Below, piece by piece: positions 1 through 8,838 of a DNA stretch of 64,000 nt. Where the stretch lies: positions 16,456 through 80,455 of the forward strand of contig JBEPVD010000003.1 in assembly GCA_041691155.1 (NCBI GenBank). The letters are read 5' to 3'. The notes under the pieces were generated by a model. The model was not told the origin of the DNA. It saw only the letters and a program-made list of their open reading frames with translations, and did not search any database. The number at the start of each line of letters is the position of its first letter. Position 1 is the stretch's first letter. The position numbers were made by a program, and so were the translations under genes. The DNA comes from Candidatus Dormiibacterota bacterium. GTDB taxonomy: Bacteria; Chloroflexota; Dormibacteria; Aeolococcales; Aeolococcaceae.

Positions 1-638
1 CGCAGGGAGGCGGGGCTCTGATCACAGTCTCCAGCCTGAGTGCCAATATCAACAGCTCCTTTCCGAGTGGTAACACCTGGGTTGTCGACGTGAACAACAA
101 CAGCGGTGTCACCACCAACGTTGTCGTATATGCCGTCTGCGCCATCCCGAGGAGCAAGTATCAGGTCGTCACCAGAAGCGTCACGAACTCAGCCGGTCAG
201 CAGACTTCTGTCGTGGCCGCCTGCCCATCTGGCACCAAGGTACTCGGCGGCGGCGGGTTGAGTAGCTCGGGGAGCACCGCTATCAATTTCAACACCTCAA
301 TCCCCTCGAACAACGGCTGGCGTGTTGATGAGAACAACGCCACTGCAAGTGACGCGACATTGACGGCGTACGCCGTCTGCTCCGCTCAATCCAAGAAGGC
401 CCACTACGGCATCACCATCGGGACGGCGGTGACCAACGCCGCCGGCACGGAGACACATGCGGAGGCCATCTGCCCGTCGGGCCGATCGTCGCTCGGCGGT
501 GGCGGTTTCTCGGGCTCGGGCTCGACCTCCGTCAGCATGAACAGCACTTCGCCGATCACCGGGGGCTGGTCGGTCTACGAGAACAACGCAATGGGGAGCG
601 ACGCCACCCTCATCGCCTACGTCGTGTGCGCCTCCTGA
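1..638 (+). CDS. Partial (5'-truncated) secreted protein built from three tandem ~85-aa Cys-framed, Gly/Ser-rich modules
   Basis: The reading frame is open from position 3 and continues into the listed ORF 90..638. Three repeats share the pattern C-PSG-x-LGGGG-SGST-N-S-P-GW-V-ENNA-SDATL-AY-VC. Confidence 0.5.
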   Translation, partial: QGGGALITVSSLSANINSSFPSGNTWVVDVNNNSGVTTNVVVYAVCAIPRSKYQVVTRSVTNSAGQQTSVVAACPSGTKVLGGGGLSSSGSTAINFNTSIPSNNGWRVDENNATASDATLTAYAVCSAQSKKAHYGITIGTAVTNAAGTETHAEAICPSGRSSLGGGGFSGSGSTSVSMNSTSPITGGWSVYENNAMGSDATLIAYVVCAS

Positions 639-664
639 CGAGGTCGTAGTCAACTTCTGCCACA

Positions 665-699
665 GCCGCCGTGGCGGGCACGACGCCCGTCACGGCGGC
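665..699 (+). terminator. GC-rich nested hairpin downstream of the repeat-protein gene, with no U-tract
   Basis: Inverted repeat GCCGCCGTG...CACGGCGGC with an inner CGGGC/GCCCG hairpin, 27 nt after the stop at 638. The lack of a T-run makes terminator function uncertain. Confidence 0.25.
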
Positions 700-779
700 G
701 CTCTTCAGCCTGGTGCGAGCCGCCACGTGGAGGTCACTCGGCACTCCACATCCCCGTCACTGAGCTCCCGAACCCGGCC

Positions 780-873
780 TGGCGGGAAGGGGGGGATTCG
801 AACCCCCGGAGGGATTTTAAAGTCCCTCACCCGCTTAGCAGGCGGGCGCTTTCAGCCTCTCAGCCACCTCCCC
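780..873 (-). tRNA. tRNA-Ser (anticodon GCU), long variable arm, CCA encoded
   Basis: The reverse complement reads GGGGAGGTGGCTGAGAGGCTGAAAGCGCCCGCCTGCTAAGCGGGT...GGGGGTTCGAATCCCCC CCTTCCC G CCA. The T-arm is GGGGG/TTCGAAT/CCCCC. The anticodon loop is CTGCTAA. The acceptor stem pairs GGGGAGG with CCTTCCC. Confidence 0.8.
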
Positions 874-943
874 AGGCCGCGGTCAGTATATGTCGTGTCA
901 GGCTCGCGATCTGTCCGCCGGAGACGCCGCCTAGAGTCCTTAC

Positions 944-1984
944 GTGGTCCACGCAAGGAGGGGGACCGCCGCCCTCGTTGCCGTCGTCATGGGCAGCGCA
1001 GCGGTCGCTATGGTCCCCACGACTGCCGAGGCCTCGATGATCCGCCTCCCGGTCGGGACGCAGCGGATGCAGATGCCGCTCGACTGCGAAGCCGCGTCGC
1101 TCACCATCGCCCTGGCCTCCGTCGGCGTCCACACCACGCAGCAATACGTGCAGGCTCACTTCCCCACCGACACGCGTGCCCCCATGCTCGGCGCGAATGG
1201 GCTGCCCTCGAAGTGGGGTGATCCGTACACCGATTTCGTCGGCCACGTGATGGGCTCGGAGCCGGGCAGCAACCCGCATTGGACGACGTACGCAGGCTGG
1301 GGCGCGTACGCGCCGGTGGTCGCTCGGGAGGCTGAGGCACTTGGCGTTCCCGTGGCCGCCCAGTTGACCGGCTGGAACCCGCAGGCGCTCTACGCAGCGG
1401 TCGAGGCAGGGCATCCGGTGCTGGTCTGGTCCACCGTGAACTACTCATCCCAGATCGCTCGAACCTGGACCGCGTGGGACGGGCGCGTGATCCCGTGGAC
1501 CCAGGCTGGACACGTGGTCGTCCTCATGGGCGTCGACCCCACGGCCGGCAGGCTCGAGTTCAGCGACCCGCTCACCGGCGGCTACAACGGCACCACGATG
1601 GCCCAGTTCGCCCGAACCTTCACTATCTACGGCGACATGGCGATCGTGATCGAGCGTACCGCCCACGCAACCGTGGCTCCAGCGATCGTGCATCGCGTGC
1701 TGGCGACGCCGAAACCGCACCTGCGCCCGGCCCCGAAACCGACCATCACCCCTGCGGCCCCGACGCCGATCAACCACCTTCGCGAGTTCACCGGTTTCGG
1801 CAACCCGGAAAGCGCCGCATACGCAGCCGCCAGCCTCGGCACGCTGACGGCGGTCCCCGCGGTCGCTGCGACGGACTCCGGCGGTGCTCGGCCGCTCCTG
1901 GTCGGCGCCGCACTGCTCGCGGCGGTGACCTGCGTGGCAATGGGCGTGCGCTTCCGACGGAGACGGCGTCAGTGCGCTGGGTGA
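944..1984 (+). CDS. Peptidase C39-like (YvpB-like) cysteine peptidase domain protein with an N-terminal signal/anchor, a Pro-rich linker and a C-terminal TM segment
   Basis: 346-aa ORF. It carries a Cys motif LDCEAASLTIAL and a downstream GHVVVLMGVD His motif typical of C39_2 domains. The Pro-rich PKPTITPAAPTP linker is followed by a hydrophobic stretch and an RRRRR tail. Confidence 0.6.
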   Translation: MVHARRGTAALVAVVMGSAAVAMVPTTAEASMIRLPVGTQRMQMPLDCEAASLTIALASVGVHTTQQYVQAHFPTDTRAPMLGANGLPSKWGDPYTDFVGHVMGSEPGSNPHWTTYAGWGAYAPVVAREAEALGVPVAAQLTGWNPQALYAAVEAGHPVLVWSTVNYSSQIARTWTAWDGRVIPWTQAGHVVVLMGVDPTAGRLEFSDPLTGGYNGTTMAQFARTFTIYGDMAIVIERTAHATVAPAIVHRVLATPKPHLRPAPKPTITPAAPTPINHLREFTGFGNPESAAYAAASLGTLTAVPAVAATDSGGARPLLVGAALLAAVTCVAMGVRFRRRRRQCAG

Positions 1985-2904
1985 CATTCACCCAATCACA
2001 GCACACCACCGAGCGCACCGGGCTCGTGCTGGACGGTCGCATTCACGCATGCACACCCGGTACGACCTTGCTCAGCCTCCTCGGCGACGACGGCGAACGG
2101 CTCGCCGCCGCTGGTGAGACCGTGCGCAAGGATCCGCATGAGGTGTTCGAACTCGACTCCGTACATCTGCTGGCACCGATCCCGAAACCGCCGGCGGTGC
2201 GCGACTTCTACGCGTTCGAACAGCACGTGCGGACGGCACGTCAGCGACGCGGGCTCGAAATGGATCCCGACTGGTACGAGCTGCCCGTCTTCTATTTCAG
2301 CAATCCGTACGCGATCGGCGGGCCGAACGATGACGTCGCCATCCCGCCCGGCTGCGCGGAGATGGATTACGAGCTCGAGGTTGCGGCGGTCGTCGGCAGG
2401 GGTGGCGCGGACCTCGATCCCGAGCAAGCGCAACGCAACATCGCCGGCTACTGCGTGATGAACGACTGGAGCGCGCGCGACGTGCAGCGTCGAGAGATGA
2501 AATTGAGCATGGGACCGGTGAAAGGCAAGGATTTTGCCACCACGATCGGACCGGTGCTCGTGACCCCGGACGAGCTCGACGACACGCGACGCAACCGCAG
2601 CTACGACCTCGCGATGACCGCGTCGGTGAATGACGTCGAATACTCGCGGGCGTCGCTCGCGGATGTGTTCTGGAGCTTCGGTGAGATGCTCGCGTACGCG
2701 TCACGCGGCACGCGCGTCGAGTCCGGCGACGTCATCGGGTCCGGGACCTGTGGGACGGGCTGTATCCTCGAGCTCTCCATGGTGCACGGCATCGACAAAT
2801 ACCCTTGGTTGCAGCCCGGTGACATCGTTGCATTGAGCGTCGAACGCCTGGGCACGCTGCGCAACCGCGTGGTCGCCGGCGCACCATTGCGGCCGTTGCG
2901 ATGA
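1972..2904 (+). CDS. Fumarylacetoacetate hydrolase (FAH) family protein
   Basis: In-frame GTG at 1972 overlaps the upstream stop. The translation VRWVTFTQ...LAPIPKPPAVRDFYAFEQHV...GYCVMNDWSARDVQ...GKDFATTIGPVLVTPDEL is a typical FAH-fold sequence. The long 5' part of ORF 1474..2904 is judged to be spurious read-through. Confidence 0.75.
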   Translation: MRWVTFTQSQHTTERTGLVLDGRIHACTPGTTLLSLLGDDGERLAAAGETVRKDPHEVFELDSVHLLAPIPKPPAVRDFYAFEQHVRTARQRRGLEMDPDWYELPVFYFSNPYAIGGPNDDVAIPPGCAEMDYELEVAAVVGRGGADLDPEQAQRNIAGYCVMNDWSARDVQRREMKLSMGPVKGKDFATTIGPVLVTPDELDDTRRNRSYDLAMTASVNDVEYSRASLADVFWSFGEMLAYASRGTRVESGDVIGSGTCGTGCILELSMVHGIDKYPWLQPGDIVALSVERLGTLRNRVVAGAPLRPLR

Positions 2905-3401
2905 GCATCAACGACGACTATCTCGCGCGTGTTGACACGGCGGAGGCACGCCTCGCAGCACTCGCCGAAGCTGAGCCGCAGCCGGGAGCCCTGACCAGCG
3001 CTGACCCAAAGAGCGGTGAGCGCTGGGATCGCGGTCAGGTATGGGCGCATCTCGCAGAGTTCGTGCCGTACTGGATCGCGCAGGCGGGACCGGTGCTCAA
3101 TGGTGTTGGGTCCGGTGAGCCGGTGCCGTTCGGACGCATGAAGGGTGATCCCGAAAGACTCGGTGCGATCGAGCGAGACCGACGCGAGCCGGTCACCGAT
3201 CTTTGGAACGACACACGCAGCGACATCGCAGCGCTGCGTGCGTTCCTCAGCGACGTCACCGCTGAGCAGTGGCGGGCTCGGGGCATGCATCCGTCGATGG
3301 GCGCCATGACGGTCGACGAGCTGGTCGAGGAATTCATGGTCGGCCACCTCGAACAGCACGCCGATCAACTCGCGGACCTCAGCTCGCCCGATGGAGGTTG
3401 A
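2901..3401 (+). CDS. DinB_2 / mycothiol-maleylpyruvate-isomerase N-terminal-domain-like protein
   Basis: 166 aa, with an ATGA overlap with the FAH stop. It has a WAHLAEF...HLEQH helix-bundle signature. Confidence 0.5.
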   Translation: MSINDDYLARVDTAEARLAALAEAEPQPGALTSADPKSGERWDRGQVWAHLAEFVPYWIAQAGPVLNGVGSGEPVPFGRMKGDPERLGAIERDRREPVTDLWNDTRSDIAALRAFLSDVTAEQWRARGMHPSMGAMTVDELVEEFMVGHLEQHADQLADLSSPDGG

Positions 3402-3511
3402 CGCTCACCCCAAAGGGCAGGAGCGTTCGGACAGCAGATGACGCAACGTTTGCAGCGTTACCTTCGTCGCTGAGATCGCGTTGCAGGCTCATGAACAGTG
3501 AAAGGCTCGGT

Positions 3512-4075
3512 ATGAGACACACCATCGCCGGCCTCGTGCTTGCGGCCGGAGTCCTCGCTACTGCTTGTGGCTCGTCGAGCGCTCCGACTCCAGCCGCGTC
3601 GGCATCGAGTCCGACCGTAACCGTCGCTCCGCCAACGCCAACCGCCGCAGCGACACCGACCGCGACGGCCGTGCCCGTTGCATGCGACGTCACCTGGTCG
3701 CTCAGTGACGATGACTACAGCGGACACTCGGTGGTCATCGTGAAGGTCACCAACTCGGGTGCATCTGCGTGTCAGTTGTTCGGTTACCCAAACGTGCAAC
3801 TCAAGGGCCCGGGTGGCATCGTCACCACGATCGCGCAGGCGAACACCGGCGGCCAGGCTGCCACTGCCACGCCGAGTGCAGTCCCCGTCGCAGTCGGTGG
3901 CACCGCGCAGTTCATCGTCGAGCTCACCAACGTGCCGGCCGGTGCCAACAATTGCGTGAATGTGACCTCGCTCGCATTTCAACTGCCGAACGGCGGGAGC
4001 AGCATGACGTTGCCCTGGTCGCAGAAGCCCTGCCCGCCGACGTTCTACGTCGGCGCGATCACGCCAACCTCATAG
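3512..4075 (+). CDS. DUF4232-like lipoprotein
   Basis: ATG at 3512 is preceded by AAAGG. The signal peptide plus lipobox LATAC-G is followed by a Pro/Thr/Ala-rich linker and then a C-x-C framed beta-rich domain. Its stop lies 31 nt before the tRNA. Confidence 0.6.
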   Translation: MRHTIAGLVLAAGVLATACGSSSAPTPAASASSPTVTVAPPTPTAAATPTATAVPVACDVTWSLSDDDYSGHSVVIVKVTNSGASACQLFGYPNVQLKGPGGIVTTIAQANTGGQAATATPSAVPVAVGGTAQFIVELTNVPAGANNCVNVTSLAFQLPNGGSSMTLPWSQKPCPPTFYVGAITPTS

Positions 4076-4106
4076 GGTCTGAGCCACTAGACTCGGGTGC
4101 ACCCGC

Positions 4107-4196
<90 letters not shown>

Positions 4197-4370
4197 TGGG
4201 TGGAAGACTGCCGCGGTGCGTGGGTGGGCGCGCGTTCATGGGAATGCGTCAGGCCCATCGGTAGCCTCGTGACGATCTCATCTCACGAGTGCGGCCGATC
4301 GTGATACAGCGCGATCGTGGCTGATGCTGTTGTCACGGTCGGCTGCCAGCGCGATCGGAGGGATATATCA

Positions 4371-5129
4371 ATGGACAACGCAGGCGCACCCCTATCTGCT
4401 GGTCCGCCGACGATCTCTGCGGACGGGCGATGGTTGTGGGATGGGATGCACTGGACCGCGCGCGTCGGCTCGTCGGGATTCCGCAGCCTCAGCACGCAGA
4501 GAAGCTGGGCTGTTGCGATGCTGGCGGCTTGGATCGCATCCGCCGGCCTACTGCTCGTCGCCGATGTCACCAGAATCAATATCGTCAACGCCGTCATCAA
4601 CGGCACCGGAGCATCGCTGACCGATGCGCGGAACAGCGACAGATTCGTCAGCCTCGCTGCACTGATCCATCTCGCGGTGTTCGTGCTGGCAGCCGTCGCG
4701 TTCCGCATGTGGCTGTATCGCGCCGTCGCAAACAACCATGCCCTCGGAGCCGACGAGCTGCGATTCTCGCCGGGATGGGCGGTGGGATGGTGGTTCATCC
4801 CGCTGGCGAACCTCGTGCGCCCCGTCCAGATCGTCGCCGAGACGTGGCGGGCGGCCGACCCGGATGCGTCAAGATCGACGGCAGAGACGCGGTCGCACGT
4901 GCGAGCCTCCGTGGTGGTCATCGCCTGGTGGTTGCTGTATCTGCTCGGCAATGTGGTCGCCTTGTTCGAGCGATGGGCGTCGGGTCACTCACTGACGCAG
5001 CTGCGTGGCGCCACAGAGCTCGACATCGCTTCACTCGTGGTCTTGAGCGCGGCCGCCGGCATGGCAATCACCATAGTCCTGCTCCTGACTCGGCGCGAGG
5101 GTGCACGGGCCCGGCGGCTGATCGCGTGA
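4371..5129 (+). CDS. DUF4328-like membrane protein with an N-terminal DUF2510-like Trp motif
   Basis: ATG 4371 has a GGAGGG RBS 9 nt upstream. It has an N-terminal ADGRWLWDGMHWT motif and several TM segments. The WWFIPLANLVRP motif is typical of DUF4328. Confidence 0.6.
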   Translation: MDNAGAPLSAGPPTISADGRWLWDGMHWTARVGSSGFRSLSTQRSWAVAMLAAWIASAGLLLVADVTRINIVNAVINGTGASLTDARNSDRFVSLAALIHLAVFVLAAVAFRMWLYRAVANNHALGADELRFSPGWAVGWWFIPLANLVRPVQIVAETWRAADPDASRSTAETRSHVRASVVVIAWWLLYLLGNVVALFERWASGHSLTQLRGATELDIASLVVLSAAAGMAITIVLLLTRREGARARRLIA

Positions 5130-5151
5130 GCCTTCGGCGTAGTCTCCCTGC

Positions 5152-5487
5152 GTGCAGTTCAGCGCCGAGTTACGAGAACGCGTCCTCGAAGGGGATATCA
5201 CGGTCTCGTTCAGGCTCTGGCGCCGCTCCAAAGTCAAAGTAGGTGGCCGCTACCACGTCGGCCCCGGGGAGATCCATGTCGACTCCGTAGACCTCATGCC
5301 CTTTGGTGCGATCACGAAGGCTGACGTACAGCGTGCCGGTGAGGAGGACAAGGAGTCGCTGCGAGTGCGAGCGGCCCACGCCGGCCCCATCGCTGCCGAG
5401 ACGCTGCTGTACAGGATCGAATTCCATCCCATCCGTGCCGAGCATCTGCGCACCAGTCGGACCGACGAGGGGGACGAGCCTCCCTAG
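5152..5487 (+). CDS. Hypothetical small cytoplasmic protein, possibly ASCH-like
   Basis: 111-aa ORF with a protein-like composition. It has no convincing RBS and there is no homolog in memory. Confidence 0.3.
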   Translation: MQFSAELRERVLEGDITVSFRLWRRSKVKVGGRYHVGPGEIHVDSVDLMPFGAITKADVQRAGEEDKESLRVRAAHAGPIAAETLLYRIEFHPIRAEHLRTSRTDEGDEPP

Positions 5488-5651
5488 CGGCATAACTGCC
5501 CGCACGCAGTCGCCGATGCCCTTCGCGAGGGGCTTCTCGGGCCGCATCCGTTCGATCCTTGCGCGGCATCGTCCGCGTCCGCATACTGCTGCACTACGAC
5601 AGTGCCGAGAGTCGGCGTCTCGTCAATCGACCTGAGTGGAGGACGCACCCG

Positions 5652-6092
5652 ATGGCGCAAATGCCTGCAGACGCTCAACGTTCGGAAGACGGGCAATGGT
5701 GGTGGGACGGGTCGCAATGGCAGCCGGTCGGCGACCAGGGCGGCGCGGGCGCTGACTCGGGTCAGGCGCCGGCGGGTGACGCGTCGGGCGCAGCACCTGC
5801 TGACGGGGCCCAACCTGGTGACGGCGGAGCGGCGCAGGGTTCGTCGCCCACGAGCGGACAGATGTCCGACGACGGCCAGTGGCAGTGGGACGGCACCCAG
5901 TGGCAGCCCGCGCAGGGTGGCGGCGCACAGCCTGGAGACGGTTCAGCTGCATCGGGCGCTGCCGCCGGACGGATTGATCCGTCGGAGTTCCCCGCGCTGG
6001 CGGCGCTCAGCCAATCCAATGCGAGTGACTTCGACGGCTATCTGACGTCGCTCGGCATCGATCCGTCGAAGATGGAAGAGGGGGTGGCCTGA
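5652..6092 (+). CDS. Gly/Ala-rich protein with two DUF2510-like EDGQW(W/Q)WDG(S/T)QWQP repeats
   Basis: ATG 5652 has a GGAGG RBS 9 nt upstream. Two copies of the Trp motif are separated by low-complexity G/A/D/Q linker sequence, with a conserved-looking C-terminal IDPSEF...DFDGYLTSLGIDPSKM. Confidence 0.5.
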   Translation: MAQMPADAQRSEDGQWWWDGSQWQPVGDQGGAGADSGQAPAGDASGAAPADGAQPGDGGAAQGSSPTSGQMSDDGQWQWDGTQWQPAQGGGAQPGDGSAASGAAAGRIDPSEFPALAALSQSNASDFDGYLTSLGIDPSKMEEGVA

Positions 6093-6364
6093 TGGCTTGC
6101 ACGCGCCAGAAAGCAGCGGTCGCCGCCGAATACGCGATCTGCGTCGCGGATCTGGTCGCGCTGTTCGCGGCCCCCGAGGCAGCGCCTGCCGAGGTGGTGA
6201 TCGCCGTCGCCGCGCTCGCGCTCATGGTCAACTCGTTCATGGACCTGGCCGAATGCCTCACCCAGGCAGGCGAGACAGCCGCTGCCGACGAAGCGCGCAG
6301 GAACGCGCAGTCGATCAAGGATGAGAGCGAAGCCCTGCAGCGGAAGTTCGGCGTCGCGCACTAG
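6092..6364 (+). CDS. Small hydrophobic/helical protein, translationally coupled (TGATG overlap) to the upstream motif protein
   Basis: 90 aa whose start overlaps the preceding stop by 1 nt. It has a central hydrophobic helix EVVIAVAALALMVNSFM. Confidence 0.4.
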   Translation: MACTRQKAAVAAEYAICVADLVALFAAPEAAPAEVVIAVAALALMVNSFMDLAECLTQAGETAAADEARRNAQSIKDESEALQRKFGVAH

Positions 6365-6381
6365 ACGTCGAGGGAGAGTAG

Positions 6382-6740
6382 ACGGCCGATATCCCCGAGG
6401 GTGCACGCCGTTCGGAGGACGGTCAATGGTGGTGGGACGGCACCCAGTGGCAGCCCGTCACCGGTGCGGGTGACAGCCCGCGTGAGCCAGCCGGTCGAAC
6501 CGCCGATATCGGCGACGCCGGAGCCGGCGGCGGTGATGCGGGAGGAGCGGTGTTCGCGTTCGACAACAACTCGGTCCTTCGTGCAGCCCGATCATGGCGA
6601 CAACCACGACGGCCACTACACTCCGCACGTCAACGCCGGAAACGAAGTCGTCTTCAATGTCTGCAACCGCGGTCCGGTGGCGAGACGGCGACCGTGGGGT
6701 TGAGTTGGGATCCCGTCAGCAGGACGATGGTGCTGTGATC
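6382..6740 (+). pseudogene. Start-less duplicated fragment carrying a third EDGQWWWDGTQWQPV motif, followed by a frameshifted, decayed coding region
   Basis: The frame opens after TAG 6379-6381, but there is no ATG/GTG/TTG before the motif at 6415-6456. Its nucleotide sequence is about 83% identical to 5685-5726. Downstream, three different frames each carry protein-like stretches. Confidence 0.3.
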
Positions 6741-6930
6741 GCAGCAGTTTGGGGGCTCACCGGTACCCAGCCCGGTCGATACGTGGACACCAGTCCATAT
6801 CCGGGGCTGGAGCGGTCCGGATGGGAGCAGTTGGGGTGAAATTGACGGCCTGCGCTGAACACGTCACAGGCGTGGCACCGTCCGCGAACGATGCGCGATC
6901 CCACCGGTTCTCCCCGGCGAGAATGAGCCC

Positions 6931-7152
6931 GTGGCCATCACCGTCTGCTGCCCGACCTGCTGGAAATGGTCCGAGCTCGGCGCGGTGATGGCGTGCAAGA
7001 AATGCGGCACGCCACTGCTGCTCACCGACGGACGGCGCGTCGATGAAGTTCCCGAGGTCGGTGCCGACGCAGCACCGCCGCCTGCGCCGCCCGAACCGCC
7101 GCCGTTGGACCTCGCTCCAGTCGGTTGGTCGGTCCGCGCCGCGCGCGAGTAA
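6931..7152 (+). CDS. Small zinc-ribbon protein (CPTC...CKKC) with a Pro-rich tail
   Basis: 73 aa with a GTG start. It has a C-x2-C-x14-C-x2-C ribbon. Confidence 0.4.
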   Translation: MAITVCCPTCWKWSELGAVMACKKCGTPLLLTDGRRVDEVPEVGADAAPPPAPPEPPPLDLAPVGWSVRAARE

Positions 7153-7164
7153 CCCGCTCCCCAG

Positions 7165-7887
7165 CTACGCGCCTCCGCGGTCACCGCCGGCGCGAAACGC
7201 CGCCACCGCCGCCGACAGGCTCTCCTCGAGATAGGTGTAGAAGAGCTGGCGCTGCGCGATATCGATGGCGACGTCGACGTCTTCACCCATGCGGCGCCGG
7301 GCAATCCACGGAGGAATGCCGTCAGCGACCATATCCGTGCCGACATTGATGCGCACCAGCGCATCGTTCTGCTCTGACACGTGGACGGTGACCTTGAGCA
7401 CAAGCCCGGTGTTCTCCAGCAACCGCCAGCTCCGCTCCCAGCGCAGGTTGCGTGTGTGGTCGCGTGCCAGCCGGACCACATCGTCAGCGACCACGCTTTC
7501 ACCCTCGCGCGCCGCGGCCGTCAGCAGCGCCCGGATGTGCTGGTCGAGGTCGCGAGAGATCCAGTACACCAGCGACGGCGTCCGGTCGTCGATATCCGGG
7601 CGCCCATTGGGGTCGGTGGCAAGACCGCCGATCGCCTCCACCGTCGTGGCATGACGCCGGCAGTAGGTGCAACCGCCGATCGTCGTGCCGTGCTCATGGC
7701 AGAATGCCGTCTGGCACATCCGGCCACGCCGGTCGCGGTAGTCGCACCGCACGGCAGTGTCGTTCAAGCAGCCCGGCATTTCGCAGGTGACGCCTGTCGA
7801 AACGGGCTCGGCGGGAGCTTCGGGTTCCGGCTCCTTTCGCCTGCGCCGGAACAGACTGCTCATCGACGGAACTCCACTGCCAGCCAT
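7165..7887 (-). CDS. Hypothetical protein with an N-terminal Cys/His-rich putative metal-binding region
   Basis: 240 aa, divergent from the peptidase gene. Confidence 0.45.
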   Translation of the reverse strand: MAGSGVPSMSSLFRRRRKEPEPEAPAEPVSTGVTCEMPGCLNDTAVRCDYRDRRGRMCQTAFCHEHGTTIGGCTYCRRHATTVEAIGGLATDPNGRPDIDDRTPSLVYWISRDLDQHIRALLTAAAREGESVVADDVVRLARDHTRNLRWERSWRLLENTGLVLKVTVHVSEQNDALVRINVGTDMVADGIPPWIARRRMGEDVDVAIDIAQRQLFYTYLEESLSAAVAAFRAGGDRGGA

Positions 7888-7992
7888 CCTACCCCGGGGT
7901 GCCCCTCTCGACCGATATCATCCAGGTTCTGGCCAGCCCCCGAGAGGGGTATTGCATGCCAGGCTCAATGAACAGGCCTACAGGGGGGATCG

Positions 7993-8766
7993 GTGATGGA
8001 GCATTCTCGATGGGTCGGCGTCGCAGCCGCAGGACTGATGGCAGTCACGAGCGCACCCTTGGTGTCGGCAGCACCTGCCCTGACCTCCGGTGGTCTGGCG
8101 CAGCATGTCAGGGGAACCACGAGCAACAACTGGTCGGGATACGTGAACACCGACTCGAAGACGTTCACCTTTGTCGAGGCGAACTGGACTGAGCCCTCCT
8201 ACAAGTGCGACGGCAATTCCCCCGAGTCCGCCGTGATCTGGGTCGGTCTCGACGGCTTCAGCTCCAGCACCGTGGAGCAGGGCGGCACCATCGCCATCTG
8301 CAATGGCACTCGGCAGGGCACCCACTTCGCGTGGTGGGAGATGTTCCCGCACAACGCCATCCAGGAAGTCTTTCCGGTCAAGGTCGGCGACAAGATGTTC
8401 GCATCGGTGACCTACAAGGCAGGCGCTGCGAAGCCCTTCAACATCTTCGTCAAGGACACCACTAGCGGTGCGTCGCTCAGCATGAACGAAGCCTGCTCGA
8501 ATACCTGCGCGCGCAACTCTGCGGAGTGGATCGTGGAGACGCCGTCGTTCGGCAGCCAGATCGCGTTTCTTCCAAAGTTCAAGCCGATCACGTTGACCGG
8601 GGGCTTCACCAGCGTCGGCGCGACGCAGACGCCTCTGGTCGACATTGCTGGATTCCCGCACCAGGCCATCACGATGGTCGGCGCCTCTGGGAACCGTGCC
8701 GTGCCATCCGCGCTGACGAGCAACGGTCAGGGCTTCACCGACAAATGGATATCGAGCGCGCCGTAG
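7993..8766 (+). CDS. Secreted peptidase family G1 (eqolisin / scytalidoglutamic-peptidase-like, formerly A4) protein
   Basis: A signal peptide is followed by NWSGYV, VIWVGLDG and the catalytic-Glu motif AEWIVE, all characteristic of G1 glutamic peptidases. The RBS GGGGGGAT lies upstream. Confidence 0.75.
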   Translation: MMEHSRWVGVAAAGLMAVTSAPLVSAAPALTSGGLAQHVRGTTSNNWSGYVNTDSKTFTFVEANWTEPSYKCDGNSPESAVIWVGLDGFSSSTVEQGGTIAICNGTRQGTHFAWWEMFPHNAIQEVFPVKVGDKMFASVTYKAGAAKPFNIFVKDTTSGASLSMNEACSNTCARNSAEWIVETPSFGSQIAFLPKFKPITLTGGFTSVGATQTPLVDIAGFPHQAITMVGASGNRAVPSALTSNGQGFTDKWISSAP

Positions 8767-8838
8767 CGCGCAGGCGATCGCGGACTACCTACCGGCGCGG
8801 GCCTCGATGAGGCTCGCGCCGTGGTCCTCGGACTCTGA

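Noticed and set aside
8767-8838. Hairpin GCGGGCCTC-GAT-GAGGCTCGC between the convergent G1 peptidase and hypothetical gene
   Set aside because: Imperfect stem with no U-tract on either strand, so it was not called a terminator.
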